Shown here piece after piece: positions 51,493 to 61,389 of a DNA stretch of 64,000 nucleotides. How positions within the stretch are numbered: position 1 is the stretch's first letter; the number at the start of each line of letters is the position of its first letter. The translations under genes and the position numbers were made by a program. The notes beneath the pieces were generated by a model. That model was not told the DNA's origin and made no database searches. It worked only from the letters and a program-made list of their open reading frames with translations. The DNA is from an uncultured delta proteobacterium (lineage in GTDB: Bacteria; Desulfobacterota; Desulfobacteria; Desulfobacterales; JAFDCJ01). The DNA lies in contig CAVYNY010000016.1 of NCBI GenBank assembly GCA_963769935.1, positions 96,001 through 160,000 of the forward strand, read 5' to 3'.

Positions 51493-51622
51493 AATGAAGA
51501 TTGAAAATTGAAGATTTGTGGATGTCGCTCGCGCAGCGCAGGCGCTTGCGCCGCGTGGCGCGCCGTCATTTTATTTTCAAAAAAGACAGAATTCCTTCAA
51601 TATTCAATATTCAATATTCAAT
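51493..51622. repeat. Heptamer inverted repeat element between TPM and lemA
   Basis: aatgaagattgaaaattgaagatt...gtcgct...ttcaatattcaatattcaatattcaat. Confidence 0.8.
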
Positions 51623-51640
51623 CCACAAACGGAGGATCTT

Positions 51641-52216
51641 ATGTCCAAAGCGCTAAAAGTCGTGCTGATTATATTGGGTGTCACCGTATTGCTGATGTTT
51701 ATCGTAGGCGGCAAGCTGATTGCCGGTTACAACCGGGTGATTACCATGGAAGAAGATGTGAAGGGCAAGTGGGCTCAGGTGGAAAACCAGCTGAAGCGCC
51801 GTTATGACCTTGTCCCTAATCTGGTCGAAACCGTTAAAGGGTACGCCAAGCACGAAAAAGAGATTTTTGAGAACATCGCCCAGGCCCGAACGCAATATTT
51901 TCAGGCCAAAGATTTAAAAAGCCAAATCGATAGTGCCAATCGCCTTGAAGGCGCCCTTTCAAGACTGCTGCTGCTCCAGGAGCGCTATCCGGATCTCAAG
52001 GCCAACCAATCCTTTCTCAGGCTTCAAGACAGCCTGGAGGGAACCGAGAATAGAATCGCCGTTGAAAGAAAGCGCTACAACGATTCGGTCCAGATGTTGA
52101 ACACGTATATAAAGACCTTTTTAGGCAGGCTCTATGCCCTGCTGGCCGGTGTGTCGCCGGCGCAATATTATGAAATTCCGGAAGCAGAAAAAGAAGCGCC
52201 CAAGGTCAAGTTTTAG
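51641..52216 (+). CDS. lemA: LemA family protein
   Basis: RBS ggagg; YN, W.QVE..L.RR.DL.PNLVETVKGYA.HE, E.YPDLKAN, LEGTENRIAVER..YN. Confidence 0.95.
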   Translation: MSKALKVVLIILGVTVLLMFIVGGKLIAGYNRVITMEEDVKGKWAQVENQLKRRYDLVPNLVETVKGYAKHEKEIFENIAQARTQYFQAKDLKSQIDSANRLEGALSRLLLLQERYPDLKANQSFLRLQDSLEGTENRIAVERKRYNDSVQMLNTYIKTFLGRLYALLAGVSPAQYYEIPEAEKEAPKVKF

Positions 52217-52364
52217 AATCGCGCCGGACGATTCGCACCCAATGCGCCTCAGGTTCCGCTTCCAGCCCGGAGGGCTTGAGGGCCGGCTTCCGGATCGCAG
52301 AGCCTACAGCTCGGAGAGAGGGTGGAGCTTGCGGCTCAGAGAGGATACTGCAATGTACGAGACT

Positions 52365-52568
52365 TTATTTCCGGCCGGGCCGGGCTGCTTGTGGAACTGG
52401 TTCTGCTGCCCGGCCGGCTTGAGACTTGGAAGTGTGTTTATGGACGAACATACCAATGAAAAGCATGCAGAGGTGAATCGAAAAAAAATAACATAGCGCG
52501 CTGTCGCTGGAATTTAATCCCAGAGCAAGAAAAAATATGGCACCCCAGAACAGCAGCTTGGTCTTCAT
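52365..52568 (-). CDS. Putative small two-helix membrane protein
   Basis: MKTKLLFWGAIFFLALG..., two hydrophobic segments, SD-like gaggcgg. Confidence 0.4.
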   Translation of the reverse strand: MKTKLLFWGAIFFLALGLNSSDSALCYFFSIHLCMLFIGMFVHKHTSKSQAGRAAEPVPQAARPGRK

Positions 52569-52805
52569 TTGAATATTTCCGCCTCAGATACCTCAGGATA
52601 TTTTTGACAATCCAAATATCGATATCGGCAGAAACATCATAAACTTGAGCGCCGCTTCGCAATCCATCAAATCAACCGGCAAAAGCGGCGCAGCAAAAGG
52701 TAATTAATCCGCCGGTCCATAGAACCGGCTCTTGCACCGGTTTGCAAAGCGCAACTCATAAAGCTTGAATCGCTATTTGTGAAGGCGGATGAATTTGCCT
52801 GAAAT

Positions 52806-53240
52806 TCAGCGTTTGGCGTGCCTGAACATTATGGGGGCCGCACAAAGAATTAAAATGTCGCCGATGGGCCCGTTGCACACCAAGGTAACGATCGAAAGGA
52901 TAACCGAATATAGATATACTTCCGAATTCACCAAAACAGCATTTAAAGTCTGGGGATCGACGATAAAAAATATCAGATTCCCGATGGATACCAAAAGAAT
53001 TCCCCATACAGCCCACTTTCGTAAGTTCCACACGCCGATGCCGCAAATAACCAATGGCGGAATATTCAGCAAGTATTTATACCCCAAGAGCTGGAGAATA
53101 TTTTCCGGTTGAACCGGTTCATATGCCATCCACAGGAAAGCTTTGAGAAGCGCAAGCCAACCAACCGCCCAAATAACCCATGGAAATTCGGATTCCATTC
53201 TCTGCGCTGGAAAAATCATAAAATCACTCCGATTCACCAT
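52806..53240 (-). CDS. Hypothetical 4-TM membrane protein
   Basis: RBS aaggag; four hydrophobic segments, GVWNLRKWA. Confidence 0.65.
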   Translation of the reverse strand: MVNRSDFMIFPAQRMESEFPWVIWAVGWLALLKAFLWMAYEPVQPENILQLLGYKYLLNIPPLVICGIGVWNLRKWAVWGILLVSIGNLIFFIVDPQTLNAVLVNSEVYLYSVILSIVTLVCNGPIGDILILCAAPIMFRHAKR

Positions 53241-53386
53241 CTGCTCCTTTTTTTGGCCGTTAGTATTATATATTTAAATTTTTTAGGTAGTAAAATTAAG
53301 CGATTTGGCGGTGAATGTCAATGGGCTGGACCTGCATTCCGCCGACCACGAAAAGTCGCCGGTCAGGTGAGATTGTGAAGTCGCAG

Positions 53387-53998
53387 CTAATCGAGCAAGT
53401 TAATAATCGACAAAGATAAGAGGAAGAATGAGAGGACAGCGCCTACAAGCCCCGCCATAATTGGATGCCGGAAGATGAAGGAGTCAAGTTCGTGACTGCT
53501 GTTATCAAGTTTTTCGAAAATGAATTTTGTTTCGAACCAGGAATTCAACTTATTATCTATCTGCTTCATTTTACCGGGTGCGAACGCAAGCAGCGATCCA
53601 AAAAACAACGCCATCAGACCAGCGATTTTACCGATCCAAACCATGGAATCAATAATGATTTCAGGAACAAAAATATCTTTTTGATAGCCAAGAAATATTC
53701 TGGTAAACTTTGTAACATCCAGCGAAAAAAAGAAAAAGAAGAGGGAAAAAGCACCTCCGCCAATCAACAACAGGCCGATCACAAAGTGGTGATTGTAAAA
53801 ATGATGCGCAATCTCAATATCTTTGTCCAGGAAATTAATCTTTTCATCAAGATTTATTTTGCGATTGAGGATGTTGCTCAGGGATTTGGTCCGGTTGGGT
53901 GAAAACAGCAACATGACCGAAAGGGTCATCCCCAAAACGGCGGTGATTAACGTTAAAATCTCAATGGCTTGCCATCCTATTTGCCCGATGATCTGCAT
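53387..53998 (-). CDS. Hypothetical membrane protein with an internal two-fold repeat
   Basis: TM-P..K.L...LN......LD....H pattern occurs twice. Confidence 0.65.
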   Translation of the reverse strand: MQIIGQIGWQAIEILTLITAVLGMTLSVMLLFSPNRTKSLSNILNRKINLDEKINFLDKDIEIAHHFYNHHFVIGLLLIGGGAFSLFFFFFSLDVTKFTRIFLGYQKDIFVPEIIIDSMVWIGKIAGLMALFFGSLLAFAPGKMKQIDNKLNSWFETKFIFEKLDNSSHELDSFIFRHPIMAGLVGAVLSFFLLSLSIINLLD

Positions 53999-54085
53999 TT
54001 GGTATCCTTATCGCCGATTCCATAAAATAAATTGAATTGATTCGCTGATTGCCGCGCGCCGACACCGCCGGAGTCAAAGCGGACT

Positions 54086-54787
54086 TTAACCTGATTTAGT
54101 CGTCAGCCGTTTAGCCAGTTTCCCCAATTCATCACTGGCGATGGCTTCCAGTTTTTTCCGAACTATCCTGGAATAATATTCGCGCTCGGTCTTGGTAAAT
54201 GCCTTGCCGTCCCGCCTTTTAAATACCAGTTCCTTTTGTTTCGGAGAAAACAATCTATCCATCAAAACGTCGAGCGCGCCCGGCTGCTGGGGCACAATTG
54301 GTCTGCGGTCCGCATGGGGTTGCGCAGGACCGGCGATGTACATATCTAATGTATTTTCTAAAGCCGGTATCGAGACGTACATGCCGCTGCTCATTTGAAT
54401 CTCCCCGGCCGACAGTAAGTCGCCGTATTTATGTTTCAGCGATGCGACAATTTGGTTTAAATTTCCGGGGGGGGTAAGGCCTTTTATTTTGAAAATGGCG
54501 GCGCTGACCAAAAGCAGTTTTTCCAGGTTCTGTCTCTTGGGGCTGGTCTCCCAGTAACGGGAAAATAATGCCTGCGAATTGAGCACCAGGCCTCTGCGGG
54601 AACAGATAGCGAGAACAGCGGGGAATCTGGCAACGACCTCAACATCTTCAGCACTTGCCAGGGCATCCAGAATTACAATGATCTGGTTTTCATTAATTTT
54701 CTTGCGCCCTGGCTCATTCAGCAGCGAATCAAGAATCTTTAAAGCCGTTTCTGATCTTTTTTTCTTTTCAGGCGCCTGCTTTTTCAT
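54086..54787 (-). CDS. Hypothetical protein, basic helical C-terminus
   Basis: Long ORF co-oriented with neighbours; start assigned tentatively at MKKQAP. Confidence 0.6.
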   Translation of the reverse strand: MKKQAPEKKKRSETALKILDSLLNEPGRKKINENQIIVILDALASAEDVEVVARFPAVLAICSRRGLVLNSQALFSRYWETSPKRQNLEKLLLVSAAIFKIKGLTPPGNLNQIVASLKHKYGDLLSAGEIQMSSGMYVSIPALENTLDMYIAGPAQPHADRRPIVPQQPGALDVLMDRLFSPKQKELVFKRRDGKAFTKTEREYYSRIVRKKLEAIASDELGKLAKRLTTKSG

Positions 54788-55080
54788 TGGCTTTGGTAAT
54801 TTACCGGCAGTTAATAATCGATTGCTCTGCGGGAGGGGATAACCCCCTTGAGCAAGTCTCTTAGGGGCGCCCATTAAAGTGCTTCCCGCCCGCCCGAATC
54901 TGGTGTCGCTACCCGAAATCGCTTAGATTAAACCATGGTAACCTTATTTGTAAAATAGAGCAAGAACATTGTATCTAAAAATACAATTATGAAGCGCTTA
55001 ACGGCACGGTAGGAAGGCTTTTTCCGGTTTAGCCGGATTGTGAATTTATGAATCAAAGGTTAGCCGATTGGCGGCAGTCG

Positions 55081-56449
55081 TCAGCGTCGGTAAGTTCTTT
55101 GTCTGGCCAGGGCCGCTTTGGTCAAAGTGTCGACATGGATATCTACGTAATCGAAAACCCTAGCCGTTTTTTTACCGGGTGCCGGACGCAGAACCCGTCC
55201 AAGATACTGTAAGACACGACCGCTGAATCGGATGGGGGTGGCGAAAAAAAGGGTAGACAAATTTTGACAGTCAAAGCCCTCACCGATAAGCTGGCCGGTG
55301 GCAATGACAACCTGCACCTTTTTCTGATTTAAGCCCTCGATTACCTTCTGACGCTGATCCATATTCAGGTCACCGGTCAAAATTTCGGAATCGATTTTAA
55401 ATCGAAACTTCAACAGGGCCCGCAGGTTTTCACAATGCGCCTTGCGATCGGACAAAACCAGGCAGATCCCGTCAATGTTCGCGGTTTCCCGGGCAACATC
55501 GGCAGCGATGAGAATATTCCTTTGGGTATCGGCCGTGAGCTCCGATAACATCTTGCTGTATTCGGTCACCGGGTCATAATGGGGCCTGAAGTCGGTTTCC
55601 CGCGTGATAACTTCCGCGGGCAGGACATCTCCGGTTGCAAGCAAATGTTTTTTGTCGACTTCATGGTGTACGTCACCAAGGTGCCAGAAGATCAATTTGG
55701 ACAGTTTGTCCCTGCGCCAGGGTGTCGCAGACAGTCCCAGCATATATTTGGAATCAAAACCGGTCACAGCTTCTGTAAAGGTGCGGCTCGGACACCGGTG
55801 GCATTCGTCTACCACCAGAAACCCGAAATGCCCGGCAACCTCCTCGACACATTTGTAAAGAGATTGCACCAGGGCGATGGACATTTGTTCGCCCAGCTGC
55901 TTTTTGCCGCCGCCGATTATTCCGACCTTTTGAGCCTCGAATTCCGAGAAATTTTTCGATGCGCTGCGCCCATTGGACGGCCAGGTCTTTGGTATGAACA
56001 ACTATTAAGGTCGGCTGCCGGCGTTGGGCGATCATGTACAGCGCCATAATTGTTTTGCCGGATCCGGTAGCCGAACTCAAGGTGCCGAAATCTTTGCCCA
56101 GCATGCGGTCCACCGCGACCTGCTGAAACGGCCTCAGTTTTCCATTAAACAAAAAGTCGACGGGAGCCAGACGCCGGCGGTGATCGTTAATTTTGTATTT
56201 TAGGTCATTTTTACGACACAGCAAAATCAGCTGCCGCATATAGCCCCGCGGAATCCACAACCCCGTATGTCCCACCTTATCGTAGAAACGCAGCACCTGG
56301 GGCGTACCCCGGTTCCAGCGCCCCATCCTCTCATTCTCAACCCATTTGGGGTTTAATATTTCCAGCTTTTCGGTGAGAATGGCCAGAAGGTCCGGCGGGA
56401 CATTTTCCAAATGCAGGTTATTGGTGATTGTAATCGTAAAAGGTGCCAT
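55081..56449 (-). CDS. Superfamily-2 DEAD/DEAH helicase (XPB/SSL2/ResIII-like); frameshift near 55940
   Basis: LRPFQ, TGSGKT in one frame; DECH, GLSATP.R.D, EGFD, Q..GRVLR in the next frame. Confidence 0.88.
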
Positions 56450-56457
56450 AGGCTCTA

Positions 56458-56680
56458 AATTGAATATTGGAAATTGAAGATTGTATGTATTCAATCGTTT
56501 TTATATATCAGATGACGGAGCTCAACAACTTTACCAACTTGATCCTTGTACGGTTATCCTATCACTCCGCAATCCGTAACTCGCACCCCGCACCCCATTA
56601 ACCCGCACCCCGCAACTCGCGACCCGCAGCGTGCCTTTCTTTACTATGAACTATCAACTATCAGCCATGAGCTATGAGCT
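56458..56680. repeat. Composite heptamer tract (ATTGAA, CGCACCC/CGCAAC, CTATGA units)
   Basis: attgaatattggaaattgaagatt; cgcaatccgtaactcgcaccccgcacccc; actatgaactatcaactatcagccatgagctatgagct. Confidence 0.75.
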
Positions 56681-56681
56681 A

Positions 56682-57743
56682 TTACATCTTCCCCCGTTCC
56701 TGCATTATACGAATGTAAGTTTCCGCTCCGGTTTGGGGGGGCTCGTAAAGCTGATCTTCAGGTTTTTTAATCAGCCTGATGGCATCGCCCGGGCAGGTGG
56801 TCACACACAGCCCGCAGCCGATGCAGCGGTTCAGGTTTATTTCAGCAATGCCGTCGGCCACCTCAACGGCGTCCATTTGACATCGCTCCCGACAGGTTTC
56901 ACAGCCCGTGCAGGCGGTCTCATCAACCTGCGCGAAATAATTACTCTGCACCATCTCAGCCGGAGACGGGTGCATTTTCAGCGATCGGAGGACGCCGCAG
57001 CAATCGCCGCAGCAGCTGCACATTCCGCCGATTTTCTGGGAATTGAAGGGTTGCATAACCAGACCGGCCTCTTCGTTCCGACGGACAATCTTTCTGGCTT
57101 CCTCATGGGTGATGAAACGCCCCATTCCGTTCTCAACGTAATAATCGGCATGAGAGCCGAAAGAAAAGCAGTTCTCCACCGGTTTATCACATCCTTTGCC
57201 GGCCAGTTTAGTGGTTGTACGGCAAACGCAGGGCGCAATTGCAATTTTTTTCTGGCTATCGATAATCTGCAGGACATCTTCATAGGGCGCTACCGGATAT
57301 TCAGCGACCAGTTTGCGGTTGATGGGTACGGTGCGCAGCACGGGAGTTTTAAATGACTGAATCGTGCGGCCGAAAGCGGTTTCAAAATATTCTTCATGAT
57401 CCCGGGCAAAACCCTCATCCATGCGGCCAAGCTGATGTTCGAATATTCCCACCACATAGGGTACGGCCGAGTAGCGCACCAAATCACCTTTGCGTTTTCG
57501 AAAAAGGAGTCCTTTTTGGGCCATGCGCTCCATCATCGCGGCAATCTCATCCGGATCACGCCCTGACTGTTTGGCCACGTCGACAGACTTTTGCAAAAGG
57601 GGAGAAAGGTGCAAATACAACTCGGCCTCTTCCTCGGTAAACAGCCGCTCCAGCAGCCTGATTTCGATCTTGCTTTCAGTTGCCGGGTACCCGGTGGCCA
57701 AGTCATCCAGACGTGCTCTCAAACGCTCATAAATATTATCCAT
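56682..57743 (-). CDS. 4Fe-4S dicluster-domain protein with N-terminal helical domain and extra Cys clusters
   Basis: PCVCR...C...NC, CSCCGDCC, CTGCETCRERCQ and CIGCGLCVTTCP ferredoxin motifs. Confidence 0.85.
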   Translation of the reverse strand: MDNIYERLRARLDDLATGYPATESKIEIRLLERLFTEEEAELYLHLSPLLQKSVDVAKQSGRDPDEIAAMMERMAQKGLLFRKRKGDLVRYSAVPYVVGIFEHQLGRMDEGFARDHEEYFETAFGRTIQSFKTPVLRTVPINRKLVAEYPVAPYEDVLQIIDSQKKIAIAPCVCRTTTKLAGKGCDKPVENCFSFGSHADYYVENGMGRFITHEEARKIVRRNEEAGLVMQPFNSQKIGGMCSCCGDCCGVLRSLKMHPSPAEMVQSNYFAQVDETACTGCETCRERCQMDAVEVADGIAEINLNRCIGCGLCVTTCPGDAIRLIKKPEDQLYEPPQTGAETYIRIMQERGKM

Positions 57744-57794
57744 TCACCATCCTCCAATTATTTAATAGTATAAAATGTTGTGCCAAACAAGACC

Positions 57795-58508
57795 CTATAC
57801 GGTTTGAAGTCGTTGCGAAGCAGGCGCAGGATCGAGCAGAAACGTATCAATAAACTGCAGCACGAACTGCGCGTATTGTTCCACCGGAATTCTTCTTCTG
57901 GCATACTTGCTGCGCTTCAAATACCAATCCTGCAGCATGGCTTTGATCACGCCGGCCGTCAATAGAGCATCGCGGGCCATGAAATCACCCCGATTCTTTC
58001 CCTCTTCTATAATTTCAGCTAAAAGCCCTTCGGTATAGAGTTCACTGGCGACCGCCAGGTCCTGTTCTTTTTTGGAAAGATTTTTGGCCTCCATGTAGGA
58101 AAAATAAAACCAGGGCTGCATAAACTCGCTTAAATAAAGGTGGGTTATAATGGCCGCCCTGAGGCGGGCCGCAGGTCCGGCTTCCTGCGCAATGCAGTCA
58201 TCCAGGATTCGCCTGGTTATGGTGCGACGCTGATTCTGGAGCATCGCCAGAAGCTCTTCTTTGCTCGCAAAATAGGAATATAAGGCGCCCAAACTCAGAT
58301 GGGTTTCGCGGCTGAGATCCCGCATGCTCATAGCTTGAAAGCCTTTCCTGTTGCTGATACTGAGCGTGGCGCTGAAGATTCGCTCGAGGTTCTTGACCAC
58401 CGTATCTTCTTTTTTGACCCGGATGGAGTTTCGATTTTCTCGATACACCTCCCGACAAATGTCTTCCCTGGAAAGACTTATCTTGTTTTGAAAATCCGAG
58501 TAGTCCAT
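57795..58508 (-). CDS. TetR/AcrR-family transcriptional regulator
   Basis: KGFQAMSMRDL...LS.GALYSYFASKEEL HTH. Confidence 0.9.
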   Translation of the reverse strand: MDYSDFQNKISLSREDICREVYRENRNSIRVKKEDTVVKNLERIFSATLSISNRKGFQAMSMRDLSRETHLSLGALYSYFASKEELLAMLQNQRRTITRRILDDCIAQEAGPAARLRAAIITHLYLSEFMQPWFYFSYMEAKNLSKKEQDLAVASELYTEGLLAEIIEEGKNRGDFMARDALLTAGVIKAMLQDWYLKRSKYARRRIPVEQYAQFVLQFIDTFLLDPAPASQRLQTV

Positions 58509-58524
58509 GGATTCATAATATTTT

Positions 58525-58970
58525 AGGTGTCAGGTGTCAGGTGTCAGGCCAGCCGCTGGCCGCGGAGCGGCCAGTTTGATCAAAGACGAAAATTTTATAT
58601 CACCTGCTCACGGTTTCAAGATGTTGTGGGAGCGGTTTGTAACCGCGATAAACTCGGTCGGGCTGCCATCGAAAATCGTGGTTGAAAACCACTCCCACCC
58701 ACAATTAACTCTATTCTAAAAATAGCCCTAGCCAGGATTTTAGTGGAGTTTCACACGAAATTTATGGCGCGAGCCAATCGATAGTACAATCCAAATTGCA
58801 AGCACCAAATTCCAAATAATCCCCAAATCACAATAATCAATGGCCGAAACCGTCCAAAACAAGAACCGTGAGCGGTTTTATTTTTTAATGCCAATGGCAT
58901 CTTCACATAATTTAGGCCGTGATTAAACTGGTCGATAGCCGACCAGCGAAGCCGCTGACACCTGAAACCT
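58525..58970. repeat. Nested element: GGTGTCAG...CTGACACCTGAAACCT ends, internal GTGGGAG REPIN (58626-58698) and CAAAT heptamer tract
   Basis: aggtgtcaggtgtcaggtgtcagg ... gctgacacctgaaacct; internal homology to 20585-20750. Confidence 0.8.
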
Positions 58971-59075
58971 AAGTCATAAAAAATACAAAGGATTCGACAA
59001 CATCGGCAACAAATTATCGATGTCGCTTTGTTAAGCGCCTCATAACCTAGATCCGCCTCCGATGAAATTGCGGTA

Positions 59076-60281
59076 TCAGCGCACCCGTTTGCCTTCATAT
59101 GACCGCAGGATCCGCTTGGCCACCGATACCTTGTGAACCTCGTCGGCACCGTCGTAAATTCGGGCCGCCCGTTCATGGCGATAGAAAAAAGCCAGTATCG
59201 TATCATCGGTCATTCCCAGACCGCCATGGACCTGCAGCGCCCGGTCGATGACTTTTTGCATCACATTGGCCACGACAAATTTTATCAGAGATATTTCATT
59301 GCGGGCTTCCTTTTTGCCGACGGTTTCAATCATCCAGGCCGCGTGCAGCACCATCAGCCGGGCCGCCTGGATATCGGCCGCACATTCGGCGATCCACGCC
59401 TGGATGATCTGTTTGGTGGCCAGCTTGCGGCCCGGTGCTATAATCCGGTCCCGGGCGCGGGCGACCATTAAATCAAAGGCCCGGTTGCAGATGCCGATCC
59501 AGCGCATACAGTGATGGATTCGCCCGGGACCGAGCCGTTCCTGGGCAATGACAAATCCATGGCCTTCAGGCCCCAGCAGATTTTTCTGCGGTACCCGGCA
59601 ATTTTGATACAGGATTTCAGCATGACTGAAATAGTCTTCACCGGCATGGCCCATCACCGGAATGTTGCGCACCAGGTTGAACCCGGGGCTGTCGGTCGGA
59701 ACGATGATCATGCTGGCCTGCAGATAGGGTCCGGCATCCGGGTTGGTAACCGCCATAACAATGGCAAATTTTGCCCCATCCGCCGACGAGGTATACCATT
59801 TCTGACCGTTGATGACATAGTCATCGCGGTCTTTGACGGCGGTTGTATCCATCATGACCGGGTTGGAGCCGGGCAATTCCACTTCGGTCATCGAAAAACA
59901 ACTGCGGATTTTACCGTCTACCAGGGGCTGCAGGTATATTTCTTTTTGTTCTTCGCTTCCGAACTGATGCAGTATCTCAATATTGCCGGCATCCGGTGCC
60001 TGACAGCCAAAGATATAATGTCCGAGCGGCGAACGCCCCAAGGCTTCCGAAACCAGAGCATGTTCCATCAAATCAAGTCCCATTCCGCCGTATTCCGGCG
60101 GGTGGTTGGGTGCCCATAGCTCCATTTGCCTGACCATCTTCCGTTTTTCCTCGAGTACCGGCAGCAGACTTCGGGCCGGCTTGGTCAAAAATTCCGGTTC
60201 CAGAGGAATCAGCTCCCTATCCACAAATTCATCGATCATCCCCAGGATGGTCTTCATTTTTTCCGAAACGGTAAAATCCAT
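59076..60281 (-). CDS. Acyl-CoA dehydrogenase (ACAD10/11-FadE2-like)
   Basis: APDAGN.E, FSMTE, INGQKW, AQ.RLGPGRIHHCMR, QVHGG.G, RIYDGADEVH. Confidence 0.93.
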   Translation of the reverse strand: MDFTVSEKMKTILGMIDEFVDRELIPLEPEFLTKPARSLLPVLEEKRKMVRQMELWAPNHPPEYGGMGLDLMEHALVSEALGRSPLGHYIFGCQAPDAGNIEILHQFGSEEQKEIYLQPLVDGKIRSCFSMTEVELPGSNPVMMDTTAVKDRDDYVINGQKWYTSSADGAKFAIVMAVTNPDAGPYLQASMIIVPTDSPGFNLVRNIPVMGHAGEDYFSHAEILYQNCRVPQKNLLGPEGHGFVIAQERLGPGRIHHCMRWIGICNRAFDLMVARARDRIIAPGRKLATKQIIQAWIAECAADIQAARLMVLHAAWMIETVGKKEARNEISLIKFVVANVMQKVIDRALQVHGGLGMTDDTILAFFYRHERAARIYDGADEVHKVSVAKRILRSYEGKRVR

Positions 60282-60534
60282 TTAAGTCCTCCCTTTTGCA
60301 TGCAAGTTAGGGGCTTGGCCCCAATTGGAACGCTGCATTTTTTTCTTTTCTTATTTCAAATCAGCCCTCTGAAAATTATGACCCATCATTATTTGAATAA
60401 GGTAATTAATCCGCCCGGGCAACGATTAGCATCCTCATAAGTTTCAAAAGGACGACTATGTTTCATATAGACCTGATAACGCTATTTTTCAGGGCGGAGT
60501 GATTACTGTGACTCATATAACCGCAGTCTTGCAT

Positions 60535-60599
60535 AGTCAAGAAAAAAAAGAACGAACGTTCGTTTTTTATTGACACCGGCCCTTGCCTCTCGTTATTGT
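60535..60599. promoter_or_regulatory. Divergent promoter region with the perfect palindrome AACGAACGTTCGTT (candidate TetR operator)
   Basis: Palindrome at 60551-60564 between minus-strand TTGACT (60535-60540) and plus-strand TTGACA (60570-60575)-N18-TATTGT. Confidence 0.65.
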
Positions 60600-60606
60600 G
60601 GAACGT

Positions 60607-61386
60607 ATGAAGATACTTGTGTGTGTGAAACAGGTGCCTGAATCGGATGCGCCCATCAAAATCGATGCCGGTACCGGCTGGATTCAAACAGAAGAAATAT
60701 CCGGGTTCAAAATGAACCGGCTGGATGAATTCGCCGTTGAAGAGGCGGTTTTAATCAAGGCGGCATTCCCCCATTCAAGCATTGATGCCGTCACTGTGGG
60801 CCCGGACCGATCAGCGGACGTAATCAGGCGCAGCATCGGCATGGGCGCGGATTCAGGCGTACACATCGTGACGCAGTCCGAAAAATATCAAAGTTCATTC
60901 GAAACTGCCGGCCGGATAGCCGAATATGCCCGGGACAGACACTATAATCTTATTCTAACCGGCGCCATGTCTGAGGACAATATGCAGGGTCAGGTCGGTC
61001 CGATGATTGCAGGCCGGCTCGGCCTGCCCTGGGCAACATCCGTGATTTTTGAGAAGATCGCCGCCGACGGGAAAACGGTCTATGTTGAACGCGAAATCGA
61101 AGGGGGCTGCCGGGATACATTAGAGCTGCAATTGCCCGCGGTATTGACGATCCAATCGGGAATCAACTCGCCACGCTACCCGTCCCTTTCCAATCTGCTG
61201 CGGGCCAATCGGACGGAGCTGCACCAAATTGAGGCCGGCGATCCTGCACAGGGCTCATCTTCTGAGATGATCGATCGGATTGTCTATCCGCAAAAAACGC
61301 GCGCGGGTGAGATTTTAAAAGGCACCGGGGAGGAAAAGGCCGCACAGCTTGTCCGCATTCTTCGTGAAAGAGCGTTGCTGCCATAG
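60607..61386 (+). CDS. etfB: Electron transfer flavoprotein beta subunit
   Basis: MKILVCVKQVP, N..DE.AVEEA, MGAD, D...GQVG, LPAV.T.....N.PRY. Confidence 0.93.
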   Translation: MKILVCVKQVPESDAPIKIDAGTGWIQTEEISGFKMNRLDEFAVEEAVLIKAAFPHSSIDAVTVGPDRSADVIRRSIGMGADSGVHIVTQSEKYQSSFETAGRIAEYARDRHYNLILTGAMSEDNMQGQVGPMIAGRLGLPWATSVIFEKIAADGKTVYVEREIEGGCRDTLELQLPAVLTIQSGINSPRYPSLSNLLRANRTELHQIEAGDPAQGSSSEMIDRIVYPQKTRAGEILKGTGEEKAAQLVRILRERALLP

Positions 61387-61389
61387 GGA

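Noticed and set aside
52217..52496. ORF 52134-52496 and GC-rich tract after lemA
   Set aside because: Overlaps lemA and reads as non-coding; possibly another dispersed repeat, but single-copy in this window
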